Origin: an uncultured Prevotellaceae bacterium
GTDB lineage: Bacteria; Bacteroidota; Bacteroidia; Bacteroidales; Bacteroidaceae
Reading direction: 5' to 3'
Assembly (NCBI GenBank): GCA_947305005.1
Contig: CAMZCM010000016.1
Coordinates: forward strand, 913 to 64,912
Length of the DNA: 64,000 nucleotides
Shown here in pieces: positions 8,719-18,348 of this stretch. The first letter of the stretch is position 1; each line of letters starts with the position of its first letter. The notes under the pieces are model-generated. The model was not told where the DNA came from and searched no databases. It worked only from the letters and a program-made list of their open reading frames with translations. The position numbers were made by a program, and so were the translations under genes.

Positions 8719-10428
8719 GTGTTTCGTTTTGAAAATCCATCATATCTCTACCTCCTGGCAGTCATTATCTTGCTTGCCGTATTACACTATGGCACAGATG
8801 CATTGCGCCGTCGTCGTTTAAGGAAGTATGGCGATCCTGCGTTGTTGAAGGCGCTGATGCCCGATGTCTCACGCTGGCGTCGCGAAGTGAAGTTCTGGTT
8901 GCTGAATATGGCATTGGCCATGATGATTGTCTGCATGGCACGTCCTCAGTACGGCACCAAGATTGACACGCGAACCCGCAAAGGTATTGAAGCCATTATC
9001 GCCCTTGACGTCTCCAATTCTATGTTGGCTGAGGACGTCACTCCCAGTCGTTTGGCCAAGTCCAAGCTGCTTATCTCCAACATGGTAGATAATATGATTG
9101 ACGATAAGATAGGTCTTATTGTCTTTGCTGGTGACGCTTTTACACAGTTGCCAATTACCAGTGACTACGTATCTGCTAAGATGTTCCTCGACAACATCAA
9201 TCCCAGCATGATTGCTGTTCAGGGTACAGATATCGCCCGAGCCATCAATTTGGCTACGCATAGTTTCACACAGCAAGAAGGTGTGGGACGCGCTATCTTT
9301 GTCATCACGGATGGTGAAGACAATGAGGGTGGGGCAGTGGAAGCCGCTCGTGATGCCGTGAAGAAAGGCATGAAGGTTTATGTTCTTGGTGTTGGTTCAC
9401 CTGAGGGTAGTCCCATCACCATGCCTGGCACCAATAACTATATTACTGATAACGCTGGCAATGTCGTTGTCTCCAAACTCAATGAAGACATGTGCCGTGA
9501 GATTGCACAGGCTGGCGAAGGAGCATATATCTATGTTGATAACAGTTCCTCTGCTCAGGCAGCTTTGCAGAAACACGTAGAAAAACTGGCGAAGGCAGAG
9601 ATGGAAAGTACCATTTATAGCGAATTCGATGAACACTTCCGTGATTTCGCCTGGGTCGCATTGGTGTTATTGTTGCTGGAAATCCTCATCCTTGCTCGTG
9701 AGAATCATGTGATTAAGCGTATCCGCTTTTTCCGTGTCTCTCAGCAGAATGTAACCATATTGGTTTTGGGCTTTATCATGTCGCTTGCTGCATCATCTGC
9801 TTCAGCTCAACAAAAGAATGACCGTTACTATATTCGTCATGGTAATCGTCTCTATCGTGACAGTGCCTATGCAAAGGCACAGGTAGATTATCAGAAAGCA
9901 ATTGAGAAAGACAACACCAATCCTGTGGCTCACTATAACCTTGGTAATGCACAGCTCATGCAAGGTCAGCCCAAGGATGCGATGAAGAGTTATGAGACAG
10001 CTGCTCGTATGCAGAAAGACAAATTGCGTGGTGCTCAGATATATCATAATATGGGCGTTATCCTGCAAAGTCAGAAGCAATACCGCGAGGCGATTGAGTG
10101 TTATAAGAATGCCCTTCGTCGTAATCCAAAGGACGATGAGACACGCTATAACCTGGCTCTATGCCAAACACAATTGGACAAGAATCAGGATCAAGACCAA
10201 CAGCAGCAACAGCAACAACAGCAACAGCAGAAGCAAGACCAGCAGCAACAGCAGCAGGAACAACAAGAGGAGCAGCAACAGCAGCCCCAACAGGAACCGC
10301 CTAAGATGTCTCAGGAAAATGCTGAACAGCTGTTGAAAGCTGCCCAACAAGAAGAGAAACAGACGCAGGATAAGGTGCAGAAAGCACAGCAAAAGCCTCA
10401 ACGTCGTCAGTTGGAAAAGCAGTGGTAG
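8719..10428 (+). CDS. batB: BatB-BatC fusion: vWA domain + TM + TPR repeats + Gln-rich tail
   Basis: GTG start (MFRFENPSYLYLL). MIDAS LDVSNSM and ITDGEDNEG, then TM helices, then TPR repeats (AHYNLGNAQLMQG, IYHNMGVILQS, TRYNLALCQ). There is no stop between the two parts. Confidence 0.85.
   Translation: MFRFENPSYLYLLAVIILLAVLHYGTDALRRRRLRKYGDPALLKALMPDVSRWRREVKFWLLNMALAMMIVCMARPQYGTKIDTRTRKGIEAIIALDVSNSMLAEDVTPSRLAKSKLLISNMVDNMIDDKIGLIVFAGDAFTQLPITSDYVSAKMFLDNINPSMIAVQGTDIARAINLATHSFTQQEGVGRAIFVITDGEDNEGGAVEAARDAVKKGMKVYVLGVGSPEGSPITMPGTNNYITDNAGNVVVSKLNEDMCREIAQAGEGAYIYVDNSSSAQAALQKHVEKLAKAEMESTIYSEFDEHFRDFAWVALVLLLLEILILARENHVIKRIRFFRVSQQNVTILVLGFIMSLAASSASAQQKNDRYYIRHGNRLYRDSAYAKAQVDYQKAIEKDNTNPVAHYNLGNAQLMQGQPKDAMKSYETAARMQKDKLRGAQIYHNMGVILQSQKQYREAIECYKNALRRNPKDDETRYNLALCQTQLDKNQDQDQQQQQQQQQQQKQDQQQQQQEQQEEQQQQPQQEPPKMSQENAEQLLKAAQQEEKQTQDKVQKAQQKPQRRQLEKQW
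10198..10290 (+). repeat. CAG/CAA (poly-Gln) low-complexity tract inside batB/C
   Basis: Reads QQQQQQQQQQQKQDQQQQQQEQQEEQQQQPQQ, an almost pure CAR codon run. Confidence 0.9.
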
Positions 10429-10569
10429 CGCGGGAATAAGCTGATTGACTGAATGTCAATCAACCCTGAGCGGCCGTAGCAGACCTCTTCTGCGTAGGGC
10501 GGCAAACAGCTAAACGCTGTAACTTCAAGCTTAAGAATAAATAGAAATAGATTAAAGATAAGAGATAAG

Positions 10570-12426
10570 ATGAAAAAGAATAGATTTGTTTTTCTTTTTT
10601 CATTGTTGATGATGGTGAGTTCCTTGATGGCACAAGTCAGCATCCGCGTACAGGCGCCTTCGGAAGTTATTCAGGGTGACCGTTTCCGTGTGTCGTATGT
10701 GGTGAACTCTTCAGACATTGATGACTTTAAAATAGATGCTTTTGATGGGCTTGTGGAATTATATGGGCCAAGTCGTAGCTCTTCATCAAGTTTCTCCATC
10801 GTCAATGGTAAGACGACTTCCTCCAGCAGCGTCACCTATACCTATACCCTTACTTCCGACAAAGCCGGTACTTTTCAGATTCCGTCAGCAACGGTTGTCT
10901 CAGGTGGCAAGACGGTTAAATCCGCTTCGCCCCAAATAACGGTGTTGCCTGGTGGTAATAATTCCAATGGCCAGGGTGGACAGAGTCAAACTCAAGGACA
11001 CAGCCAGCAAACTGACCGTATGCGAATGCAGAGCACAGGTGAACGTATCACAAACAATGATATTTTCATTGCCGTTACCGCTTCCAAGAAGCGTGTCTAT
11101 GAGCAGGAGGCTGTTCTCTTAACTTACAAACTCTATACGCTTGTCAACGTGAGCGAGATGTCTGGTAAGATGCCAGCTCTTGATGGCTTCCATGTGCAGG
11201 AAATCAACCGTCAGCGTCAGCCTGAGCTGAAGATGGAGCACTACAATGGCCGCAACTACGGCACTGTCGTATGGAGCCAGTATGTAGTCTTCCCACAGCA
11301 GACGGGCGAGATGAAGATTCCCGAGATCAAGTTTGAGGCTGTGGTGATTCAACAGAATCGGAACATCGATCCCTTCGATGCTTTCTTCCGTGGAGCTTCC
11401 ATGCAGACAGAAGTCAAGAAAACCATTGTGGCACCGTCTGTCACCTTGCATGTTGATGCCTTGCCAACGCCGAAGCCCTCCAACTTCTCAGGTGCTGTAG
11501 GTAAGTACACCATTGCTTCATCGTTGACGCCTCAACAATTGAAAGCCAACGATGCTACTACGTTGCGTCTCACCGTTAGCGGTACGGGTAACATGAAGTT
11601 GATGAATCCGCCCGCTGTGGCATGGCCGAAGGACTTTGAGCGCTATGATCCCAAGAGCGAGGACAACACCAAGATTGGTCCTACAGGTTCCAGCGGCTCT
11701 ATGGTCTTCGACTACATCGCTGTTCCCCGTCATCAAGGCAAATATGAACTGCCTCCGGTCGAGTTCTGCTACTTCGACCCCGATGCCCGCGAATACAAAA
11801 CACTCACGAGCGAAGGCTACGAGATAGATGTAGAAAAAGGAAAGGGTGGTGGTAGTGTCTCTCAGAGCTACGGCAAAGAGGATATTGAGCTGTTAGGTAG
11901 CGATATCCGATATATTAAGACAGGAAAGCCTGACTACATCAATGCTGACAGAACATCATTACTGGGCACCTCCCGTATCTGGCTGTTGTATGTCATTAGC
12001 TCCGTTATCTTCCTTGTCTTTGTCGTTGTCTTCCGTCGTCAGGCTGTTGCGAATGCTGATATCGCTCGTCGTCGTGTCCGTAAGGCCAGCAAGGCAGCTA
12101 CCAAACGTCTGAAGGTTGCGCGCAAGCTCATGACACAGGGCAACGCCACTGCATTCTATGAAGAGACCATGCGTGCACTCTGGGGTTATGTCGGTGACCG
12201 TCTGAACATGCCTGTCAGCGAACTCAGTCGTGACAATGTACGTGATAAGCTGGAAGAAAAAGGCGCAAGCTCTGAACTTATTGATCGCTTCATCAGTGCT
12301 CTTGATGACTGCGAGTTTGCCCGCTTTGCTCCGGGCGATCCTGCTGCAACGATGGATAAGATCTACGCTTCGGCTGAAGAGGTCATCAATCAAATGGAAT
12401 CTGACCTTAAGAGAAATACTAAATGA
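10570..12426 (+). CDS. batD: BatD (oxygen-tolerance) family protein
   Basis: Signal peptide, a long beta-rich extracytoplasmic region, a late TM helix (IWLLYVISSVIFLVFVVVF) and a basic cytoplasmic tail. Operon position follows batB/C. Confidence 0.82.
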   Translation: MKKNRFVFLFSLLMMVSSLMAQVSIRVQAPSEVIQGDRFRVSYVVNSSDIDDFKIDAFDGLVELYGPSRSSSSSFSIVNGKTTSSSSVTYTYTLTSDKAGTFQIPSATVVSGGKTVKSASPQITVLPGGNNSNGQGGQSQTQGHSQQTDRMRMQSTGERITNNDIFIAVTASKKRVYEQEAVLLTYKLYTLVNVSEMSGKMPALDGFHVQEINRQRQPELKMEHYNGRNYGTVVWSQYVVFPQQTGEMKIPEIKFEAVVIQQNRNIDPFDAFFRGASMQTEVKKTIVAPSVTLHVDALPTPKPSNFSGAVGKYTIASSLTPQQLKANDATTLRLTVSGTGNMKLMNPPAVAWPKDFERYDPKSEDNTKIGPTGSSGSMVFDYIAVPRHQGKYELPPVEFCYFDPDAREYKTLTSEGYEIDVEKGKGGGSVSQSYGKEDIELLGSDIRYIKTGKPDYINADRTSLLGTSRIWLLYVISSVIFLVFVVVFRRQAVANADIARRRVRKASKAATKRLKVARKLMTQGNATAFYEETMRALWGYVGDRLNMPVSELSRDNVRDKLEEKGASSELIDRFISALDDCEFARFAPGDPAATMDKIYASAEEVINQMESDLKRNTK

Positions 12427-12449
12427 TAAATAATAAAGTATAAATAATA

Positions 12450-13241
12450 ATGGAAATGATTTGGAACTTAGATACAAAAGTAATGAGACCAGTTGCAAGG
12501 TTATCATTTATTATTTGTTATTTATTATTTATTGTATCTCCGTCCTACGCTCTTGACAAAGCCGATGCAGACAGCGCCTATGCTCAGGAGGATTATACCA
12601 AGGCCGCTCGTCTCTATCAGTCGCTCATCGATTCTCTGGGCGAGAGTGCCGTCCTTTACTATAACCTCGGCAACTGCTACTATCGTCAAGACTCCATTGC
12701 CCATGCCATTCTGAACTATGAGCGTGCCCGTCTGTTTGATCCTACGGATAAGGACATCGCTTTCAACTTAGAGATGGCTCGCACCAAGACTGTTGACAAG
12801 GTAGCACCCGCCAATGATATGTTTTTCGTTACCCTCTTCCGTACTCTCGTCTTGTCGATGACTTTTCGCAGTTGGACGATCCTGGGTATCTGTGCTTTTG
12901 TGTTGATGCTCATAGGCTTGGCTGTCTATCTCTTTGCCCCTGAGCTTCTTGCTAAGAAGATAGGATTCACAGCGGCCATCCTACTGTTTATCCTCTGTTC
13001 CTTCTCTCATGTCGCAGCTAATCGTCAGCGTTATCAGATTACCCATCGCACAGGCGCTATTCTGATGACACCTTCTGCTGTTGTCCGCAGCACTCCCAGT
13101 GCTTCCGGAACAGACCTTTTCATCCTTCATGAGGGCACTCATGTGCAGATCATCGATGATTCCATCACCGGTTGGGTGGAAGTGCGGATGAGCGATGGCA
13201 AGGAAGGTTGGCTTGAACGTAAACAGATTGAAGTGATTTAA
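12450..13241 (+). CDS. batE: BatE-like TPR + SH3b protein
   Basis: TPR repeats (LYYNLGNCYYRQD), TM helices and a C-terminal SH3b-like GWVEVRMSDGKEGWLERKQIEV. The true start may be the internal Met at 12483. Confidence 0.78.
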   Translation: MEMIWNLDTKVMRPVARLSFIICYLLFIVSPSYALDKADADSAYAQEDYTKAARLYQSLIDSLGESAVLYYNLGNCYYRQDSIAHAILNYERARLFDPTDKDIAFNLEMARTKTVDKVAPANDMFFVTLFRTLVLSMTFRSWTILGICAFVLMLIGLAVYLFAPELLAKKIGFTAAILLFILCSFSHVAANRQRYQITHRTGAILMTPSAVVRSTPSASGTDLFILHEGTHVQIIDDSITGWVEVRMSDGKEGWLERKQIEVI

Positions 13242-13245
13242 TCTA

Positions 13246-13908
13246 ATGGACGAACTCATTCATTACGACCAGCAACTACTCCTTGCATTGAATGGCAGCG
13301 AGAGCACTTTTCTGGATCAAGTCTTCTTGATGATCACTAAGACGGGAACCTGGATTCCATTGCTGCTCGTTTTGCTGTATGTTCTTTTGAAGAATCGTTC
13401 ATGGCGCGAAGTGCTGCTGTTCGTGGTGTGCCTTGCTTTGGTCATTCTCATTGCTGACCGTTTTTCTAGCGGTCTATGCAAGCCTTTGTTCCATCGATTC
13501 CGTCCCAGCCATGAACCTGTCTTGGAAGGACTTGTGGACTTGGTAAATGACCGTCGAGGTGGTCTCTACGGCTTCATCTCCAGCCATGCAGCCAACACCT
13601 TTGGCGCCTGCACTTTCATCGCTATGTATCTGCGCCGCCGTTCCGTCACTCTGACTCTTATCTTGTGGGCATGTCTAAGTAGCTATTCACGCATCTATCT
13701 AGGTCTTCACTATCCAGGTGACATCCTTGCGGGTGCTCTCTTTGGCGTGTTCACGGGTTTACTTATGTATCGTGTCATGTCATGGGCTTCTGCCCGCTGG
13801 TTGGCTTCTCTGCGTTCTGAACAGCCTATCACAGGTTTCTGGCTCATTCCCTTTGCTTTCGTCCTGACGATTCTGTTCATGCTTGTATATTCCTTTTTTG
13901 TCGTATAA
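13246..13908 (+). CDS. PAP2-family phosphatase (undecaprenyl-diphosphatase-like)
   Basis: Acid phosphatase motifs KPLFHRFRP, SSHAAN and SRIYLGLHYPGD, with multiple TM helices. Confidence 0.82.
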   Translation: MDELIHYDQQLLLALNGSESTFLDQVFLMITKTGTWIPLLLVLLYVLLKNRSWREVLLFVVCLALVILIADRFSSGLCKPLFHRFRPSHEPVLEGLVDLVNDRRGGLYGFISSHAANTFGACTFIAMYLRRRSVTLTLILWACLSSYSRIYLGLHYPGDILAGALFGVFTGLLMYRVMSWASARWLASLRSEQPITGFWLIPFAFVLTILFMLVYSFFVV

Positions 13909-13941
13909 TAGATGATATAATCACAATCATATTAATTGGAC

Positions 13942-13977
13942 AAAAAAACGAGCATCCTCATGGGACGCTCGTTTTTT
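13942..13977. terminator. bidirectional rho-independent terminator between PAP2 (+) and rho (-)
   Basis: AAAAAAACGAGCATCC-tcat-GGGACGCTCGTTTTTT: a roughly 10-bp GC-rich stem flanked by an A-run and a T-run. Confidence 0.8.
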
Positions 13978-13996
13978 ATATTCTATTATCTATTTC

Positions 13997-15862
13997 TTAG
14001 GAATTCATACTGATAAGAAACTCCTCATTGGTCTTGGTACCTTCAAGACGACTCTTAAGTTCGTTCATGGCCTCAATGGGGTTCATGTCGGAGAGGAACT
14101 TGCGGAGGATCCACATACGGTCGAGGGTGGTCTTGTCATGCAGCAGATCGTCGCGACGTGTGGAGCTGGCCACGATGTTCACAGCGGGGAAGATACGTTT
14201 GTTAGCTAACGTGCGATCGAGCTGGAGCTCCATGTTACCTGTTCCCTTGAACTCCTCGAAGATGACCTCATCCATTTTGGAACCCGTGTCAATGAGGGCT
14301 GTTGCGATGATGGTGAGTGAGCCACCGCCTTCGATGTTACGGGCTGCGCCGAAGAAGCGTTTGGGTTTCTGCAGGGCGTTGGCATCGACACCACCCGTCA
14401 GGATCTTGCCGCTGGCAGGCGCTGCGGTGTTGTAGGCACGTGCCAGACGTGTGATACTATCAAGGAAGATAACGACGTCGTGACCGCATTCAACCATACG
14501 TTTGGCTTTCTCCAGCACGATGCCGGCAATCTTCACGTGACGCTCAGCGGGTTCGTCGAAGGTAGAAGCGATGACCTCAGCATTGACGCTGCGAGCCATA
14601 TCGGTAACCTCCTCAGGACGCTCATCAATGAGTAGCATCATCAGATAAGCCTCCGGGTGATTGGCAGCAATGGCGTTCGCAATCTCCTTCATGAGAATGG
14701 TCTTACCCGTCTTGGGCTGTGCCACGATGAGGGCACGTTGACCTTTGCCGATGGGGGAGAAGAGATCTACGATGCGTACACTTGTGGGGTCGTTGTAACC
14801 GCGGCAGAGTTGGAACTTCTCGTCGGGGAACAGCGGGGTGAGGTGCTCGAAAGCCTGACGGTCGCGAATGCGAGCGGGGTTGACACCATTTACTTGGTCC
14901 ACGCTGATCAGCGGGAAGTATTTCTCTCCCTCGTGAGGGGGACGGATACTGCCTTCCACAACGTCGCCAGTCTTCAAACCGTATTGCTTGATTTGCTGTT
15001 GATTGACATAGACATCGTCGGGGCTGGCCAGATAGTTGTAGTCGCTGGAACGTAGGAAGCCCCATCCGTCTGGTGTCACTTCCAACACACCTTCAGCTTT
15101 GACGAGGTCGCCGAAATCATAAACAGGTACTTCGTTGACAATCATGTTGTCCATCGCCTTGGAAGAGCCATTGCTTGATGTGATATTGGTCAGGTGATTC
15201 AGGAACGAAGGACCGTTGTTCTTCTTTTCTGCCGACGTGGGAACCATTGAGAGGTTGCCCTCATCGGGGATGGACTGAGTGATGATGAAGTCGGGTTCAT
15301 CAGCATTGAAGAAGGCATCCACCATTTCCTGCGTCAGCTCATATTCCTCTTCTTCCTGCGGCTGCATCGGCGCTTCGGCAGGCTTTTCAATCATCGCCTC
15401 AGGTTCAGCAGGCTCGGCAGGTGCTTCGGGTTGATTCTCCTCAGCCTCAGGGAACAGCGGCAATTCTGCTTCTTTCTTGGCTGCCTCTTCGGCTTCCTTC
15501 TCAGCCTTGCTCTTGCGTCCGCGCTTTTTAGGCGTTGCCTTTTCTGGTTCTTCTGCGGGCTTTTCCTCTGCGGATTTCTCTTCGGTCGCAGCGGCAACAG
15601 GTTCGGCAGGAGCTGTCTTTTCCTCCTCCACAGCCTGTACCTTTTCCTCTGTAGCCTTTTCTGTTTTAGGCTTACGTCCACGCTTCTTGGGCGCAGATTT
15701 CTCATCTTTTGTTTTGATGGGAGCTTGTGCCACTTCCGCTTCAATGATGCTATAAATGAGGTCTAATTTTGGCGTATTGCCTTTTGTGGATATGTTCAAG
15801 GACTTGGCAATCTCAGTCAACTGCTCGATGGTCAAATCCTCGAGGTCGCTTTTTGTATGCAT
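13997..15862 (-). CDS. rho: transcription termination factor Rho with a large N-terminal insertion
   Basis: Rho N-terminal helix ([15 protein letters not shown]), CSD-like [14 protein letters not shown], Walker A AQPKTGKT and the RecA core. The ATG at 15862 ([10 protein letters not shown]) is preferred over the ORF-track start at 16003, which would overrun the divergent promoter. Confidence 0.93.
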   Translation of the reverse strand: MHTKSDLEDLTIEQLTEIAKSLNISTKGNTPKLDLIYSIIEAEVAQAPIKTKDEKSAPKKRGRKPKTEKATEEKVQAVEEEKTAPAEPVAAATEEKSAEEKPAEEPEKATPKKRGRKSKAEKEAEEAAKKEAELPLFPEAEENQPEAPAEPAEPEAMIEKPAEAPMQPQEEEEYELTQEMVDAFFNADEPDFIITQSIPDEGNLSMVPTSAEKKNNGPSFLNHLTNITSSNGSSKAMDNMIVNEVPVYDFGDLVKAEGVLEVTPDGWGFLRSSDYNYLASPDDVYVNQQQIKQYGLKTGDVVEGSIRPPHEGEKYFPLISVDQVNGVNPARIRDRQAFEHLTPLFPDEKFQLCRGYNDPTSVRIVDLFSPIGKGQRALIVAQPKTGKTILMKEIANAIAANHPEAYLMMLLIDERPEEVTDMARSVNAEVIASTFDEPAERHVKIAGIVLEKAKRMVECGHDVVIFLDSITRLARAYNTAAPASGKILTGGVDANALQKPKRFFGAARNIEGGGSLTIIATALIDTGSKMDEVIFEEFKGTGNMELQLDRTLANKRIFPAVNIVASSTRRDDLLHDKTTLDRMWILRKFLSDMNPIEAMNELKSRLEGTKTNEEFLISMNS

Positions 15863-15936
15863 AAAATAAAGATTATCAATGGAAAATACAAATGGGTTTA
15901 CCACGTCAATCGGGAATCCCTTTATAAAATCGCCTG

Positions 15937-15944
15937 CAAAGGTA
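15937..15944 (-). promoter_or_regulatory. -7 box TACCTTTG for rho
   Basis: Plus-strand CAAAGGTA is TAccTTTG on the minus strand, about 75 nt upstream of the rho ATG. Confidence 0.55.
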
Positions 15945-15987
15945 GTGTTTTCTTGGGAAATGGCAAGCATTTTTTCTAAAAAAATAC

Positions 15988-15995
15988 TACTTTTG
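15988..15995 (+). promoter_or_regulatory. -7 box TACTTTTG for the ABC-F gene
   Basis: TAnnTTTG match 18 nt upstream of the ATG at 16013. Confidence 0.6.
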
Positions 15996-16012
15996 CAGCG
16001 CAATTCTTCATT

Positions 16013-17884
16013 ATGGCTGCAGTCAATCCATATTTACAAGTCGAGGACCTCACGTTTGCCGTGGGGGATAAGACTTTGTTTCACGATATCAGTTTCGGTA
16101 TTGCTGAGGGGCAGCATGTGGGATTGATTGCTCAGAATGGTACAGGTAAAACGTCGTTGCTCAATTTGATTGCAGGTCATGAAGCACCCGAACACGGCAG
16201 CATCACCTTTCGTCGAGACCTTCGTGTAGCTTATCTGGAACAGATTCCAGTCTTCCCTGAGGGGCTGACAGTGATGGAAGCATGTTTGTGGCGTTGTAAG
16301 GAGGAGCCGCGACGTATTCAGGAGTATCTCACGAAGCTGAAGATTACGAATCATCATCAGCCTATCAGCGAACTCTCTGGCGGACAGCTGAAGCGTGTGG
16401 CGCTTGCCAATGTGCTTTGCATGGAGCCGGATATGCTCATTCTCGATGAGCCTACGAACCATCTTGATTTACAGATGATAGAGTGGCTGGAGAACTATCT
16501 TTCCCGTTCGAGCATCACACTGCTGATGGTGACCCACGATCGCTATTTCCTGGATCGCGTCTGTAACCTCATTCTGGAGTTGGACAACGAGACGCTCTAC
16601 ACCTATCGGGGCAACTACGCCTATTATCTGGAGAAACGGCAGGAGCGAGTAGATGTCACCAATGCTGAAATCGCACGCGCGAATAATCTTTATAGAACAG
16701 AACTGGATTGGATGCGACGGATGCCTCAGGCTCGTGGCCACAAAGCCCGCTACCGCGAAGAAGCATTCTATGATTTGGAGCGCAAAGCCAAGCAACGTGT
16801 AGAGGAGAAAACGGTTTCCCTGCAGGTTAACAGCACTTACATCGGCTCTAAGATCTTTGAGGCTGAGTATGTCAGCAAGACTTTCCCGGCAGATCCCAAC
16901 AATCCTGCCAGCATGGACAAAGTCATACTGAAGGATTTCTACTACAACTTCTCGCGCTATGAGAAGATGGGTATCGTGGGGGCTAATGGAACGGGAAAAT
17001 CCACGTTTATCAAGATGTTGCTTGGTCAGGTGAAGCCTGACAGTGGACGCTTTGTCATTGGTGAGACAGTACGTTTCGGCTATTTCTCGCAGGAAGGGAT
17101 GCAGTTTGATCAGGAGATGAAGGTCATCGACGCTGTGCGTCGGGTGGCAGAATATGTTGACTTAGGTGGAGGCCGTCACCTTACGGCGATGCAGTTCCTG
17201 ACACACTTTCTGTTTACACCCTTGCAACAGCAGAACTATATCTACAAACTCTCAGGGGGTGAGCGGCGGCGACTCTATCTCTGCACCGTGCTGATGCAGA
17301 ATCCCAATTTCCTGATTCTCGACGAGCCAACCAACGACCTCGATATCGTGACGTTAAACATTCTGGAAGATTATCTGAAGAACTTCAAGGGTTGCGTCAT
17401 CGTGGTCAGTCACGACCGTTATTTTATGGACAAGGTTGTTGACCACCTGCTTGTCTTCCGAGGTGATGGCGATATCAAGGATTTCCCGGGTAACTATACG
17501 CAGTTCAGGGAATGGGAACGGACTCTCCCCCCGCCCTCCCTATCAGGGAAGGAGCAGAATCCTACGGGAAATAGAGGTAAAGAGAAAGTGCTAAGTAATA
17601 ATAGCCGCTCAGGTCAGGTAACCGCTCCCTCCCAGATAGGGAGGGCGGGGGGAGAGTCTTCCGCAAGACGGCGTTTATCCTACAAAGAAAAGCGCGAGCT
17701 CGAAGCCCTCGAAACAACCATCGCCAACCTCGAAGCTGAGAAAGCCGAACTTGAGAAGGCCCTTTGTAGTGGTACACTCACAGTAGCGGAACTTACGGAG
17801 AAGAGCAAGCGTCTGCCCCTGTTGCAGGATGAACTGGATGCAGCCGAGATGCGATGGCTTGAACTATCAGAAATTGGCATGTGA
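16013..17884 (+). CDS. ABC-F family ATPase (Uup-like) with C-terminal coiled coil
   Basis: Two ABC cassettes ([26 protein letters not shown] and [26 protein letters not shown]) with no TM domain. The C-terminal [13 protein letters not shown] coiled coil resembles Uup. Confidence 0.92.
   Translation: MAAVNPYLQVEDLTFAVGDKTLFHDISFGIAEGQHVGLIAQNGTGKTSLLNLIAGHEAPEHGSITFRRDLRVAYLEQIPVFPEGLTVMEACLWRCKEEPRRIQEYLTKLKITNHHQPISELSGGQLKRVALANVLCMEPDMLILDEPTNHLDLQMIEWLENYLSRSSITLLMVTHDRYFLDRVCNLILELDNETLYTYRGNYAYYLEKRQERVDVTNAEIARANNLYRTELDWMRRMPQARGHKARYREEAFYDLERKAKQRVEEKTVSLQVNSTYIGSKIFEAEYVSKTFPADPNNPASMDKVILKDFYYNFSRYEKMGIVGANGTGKSTFIKMLLGQVKPDSGRFVIGETVRFGYFSQEGMQFDQEMKVIDAVRRVAEYVDLGGGRHLTAMQFLTHFLFTPLQQQNYIYKLSGGERRRLYLCTVLMQNPNFLILDEPTNDLDIVTLNILEDYLKNFKGCVIVVSHDRYFMDKVVDHLLVFRGDGDIKDFPGNYTQFREWERTLPPPSLSGKEQNPTGNRGKEKVLSNNSRSGQVTAPSQIGRAGGESSARRRLSYKEKRELEALETTIANLEAEKAELEKALCSGTLTVAELTEKSKRLPLLQDELDAAEMRWLELSEIGM
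17521..17658. mobile_element. 138-bp MITE-like palindromic element inserted in frame in the ABC-F linker
   Basis: Terminal inverted repeats at 17521-17552 (gactctccccccgccctccctatcagggaagg) and 17627-17658 (its reverse complement, 2 mismatches). Length is 138 = 46 codons and the ORF stays open through it. Confidence 0.55.
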
Positions 17885-17932
17885 TAGATTGATAAAAGAC
17901 CTATAGATCATAACAATTCAATTCCTTATATT

Positions 17933-18322
17933 ATGTTTATCAACAACGAACTTTTAGACGACTTAGAAAAACAGGCATTGGAGAGCCCACGTCTGCGTAT
18001 GAATTTAGATATGCGTAATTCTCCTGAGGATCAGTCGCAGCGTATGCTTAATGCGATGGAGCCCGGAACAGTACTGCCCATTCATCGTCACATGACCTCT
18101 AATGAAGTGGTGATTATCCTGCGTGGTCGAATGGATGAGATGTTCTATGACGATGCCGGCAATGAAACACATCGCTATCATCTTGATCCCAGCAAGGGCA
18201 ACTACGCCCTCAATATTCCACGAGGTATGTGGCACACGGTGGAGGTCTTCGAGCCTACTGTTATCTTTGAAGCAAAAGACGGTCCCTATGCTCCGCTGTC
18301 TCCCAACGACATTCTTTCATAA
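17933..18322 (+). CDS. WbuC-family cupin-fold protein
   Basis: 129 aa with a cupin core containing HRH and WH motifs (VLPIHRHMTSNEVVIILRG ... MWHTVEV). The family assignment is from memory of WbuC-like sequences. Confidence 0.7.
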   Translation: MFINNELLDDLEKQALESPRLRMNLDMRNSPEDQSQRMLNAMEPGTVLPIHRHMTSNEVVIILRGRMDEMFYDDAGNETHRYHLDPSKGNYALNIPRGMWHTVEVFEPTVIFEAKDGPYAPLSPNDILS

Positions 18323-18348
18323 ACACTCACGACAGAATCATCATCATA

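Noticed and set aside
10159-10401. Poly-Leu ORF (minus strand) and Ser/Asn-rich ORF (9992-10336, plus strand) over the Gln tract.
   Set aside because: They are artefacts of reading the CAG/CAA repeat in other frames or on the other strand.
15391-15766. K/R-rich and F/L-rich ORFs overlapping the Rho insertion region.
   Set aside because: They are alternative-frame readings of low-complexity GAA/AAG/GCC-rich sequence inside rho. The rho frame is continuous and carries the conserved domains.
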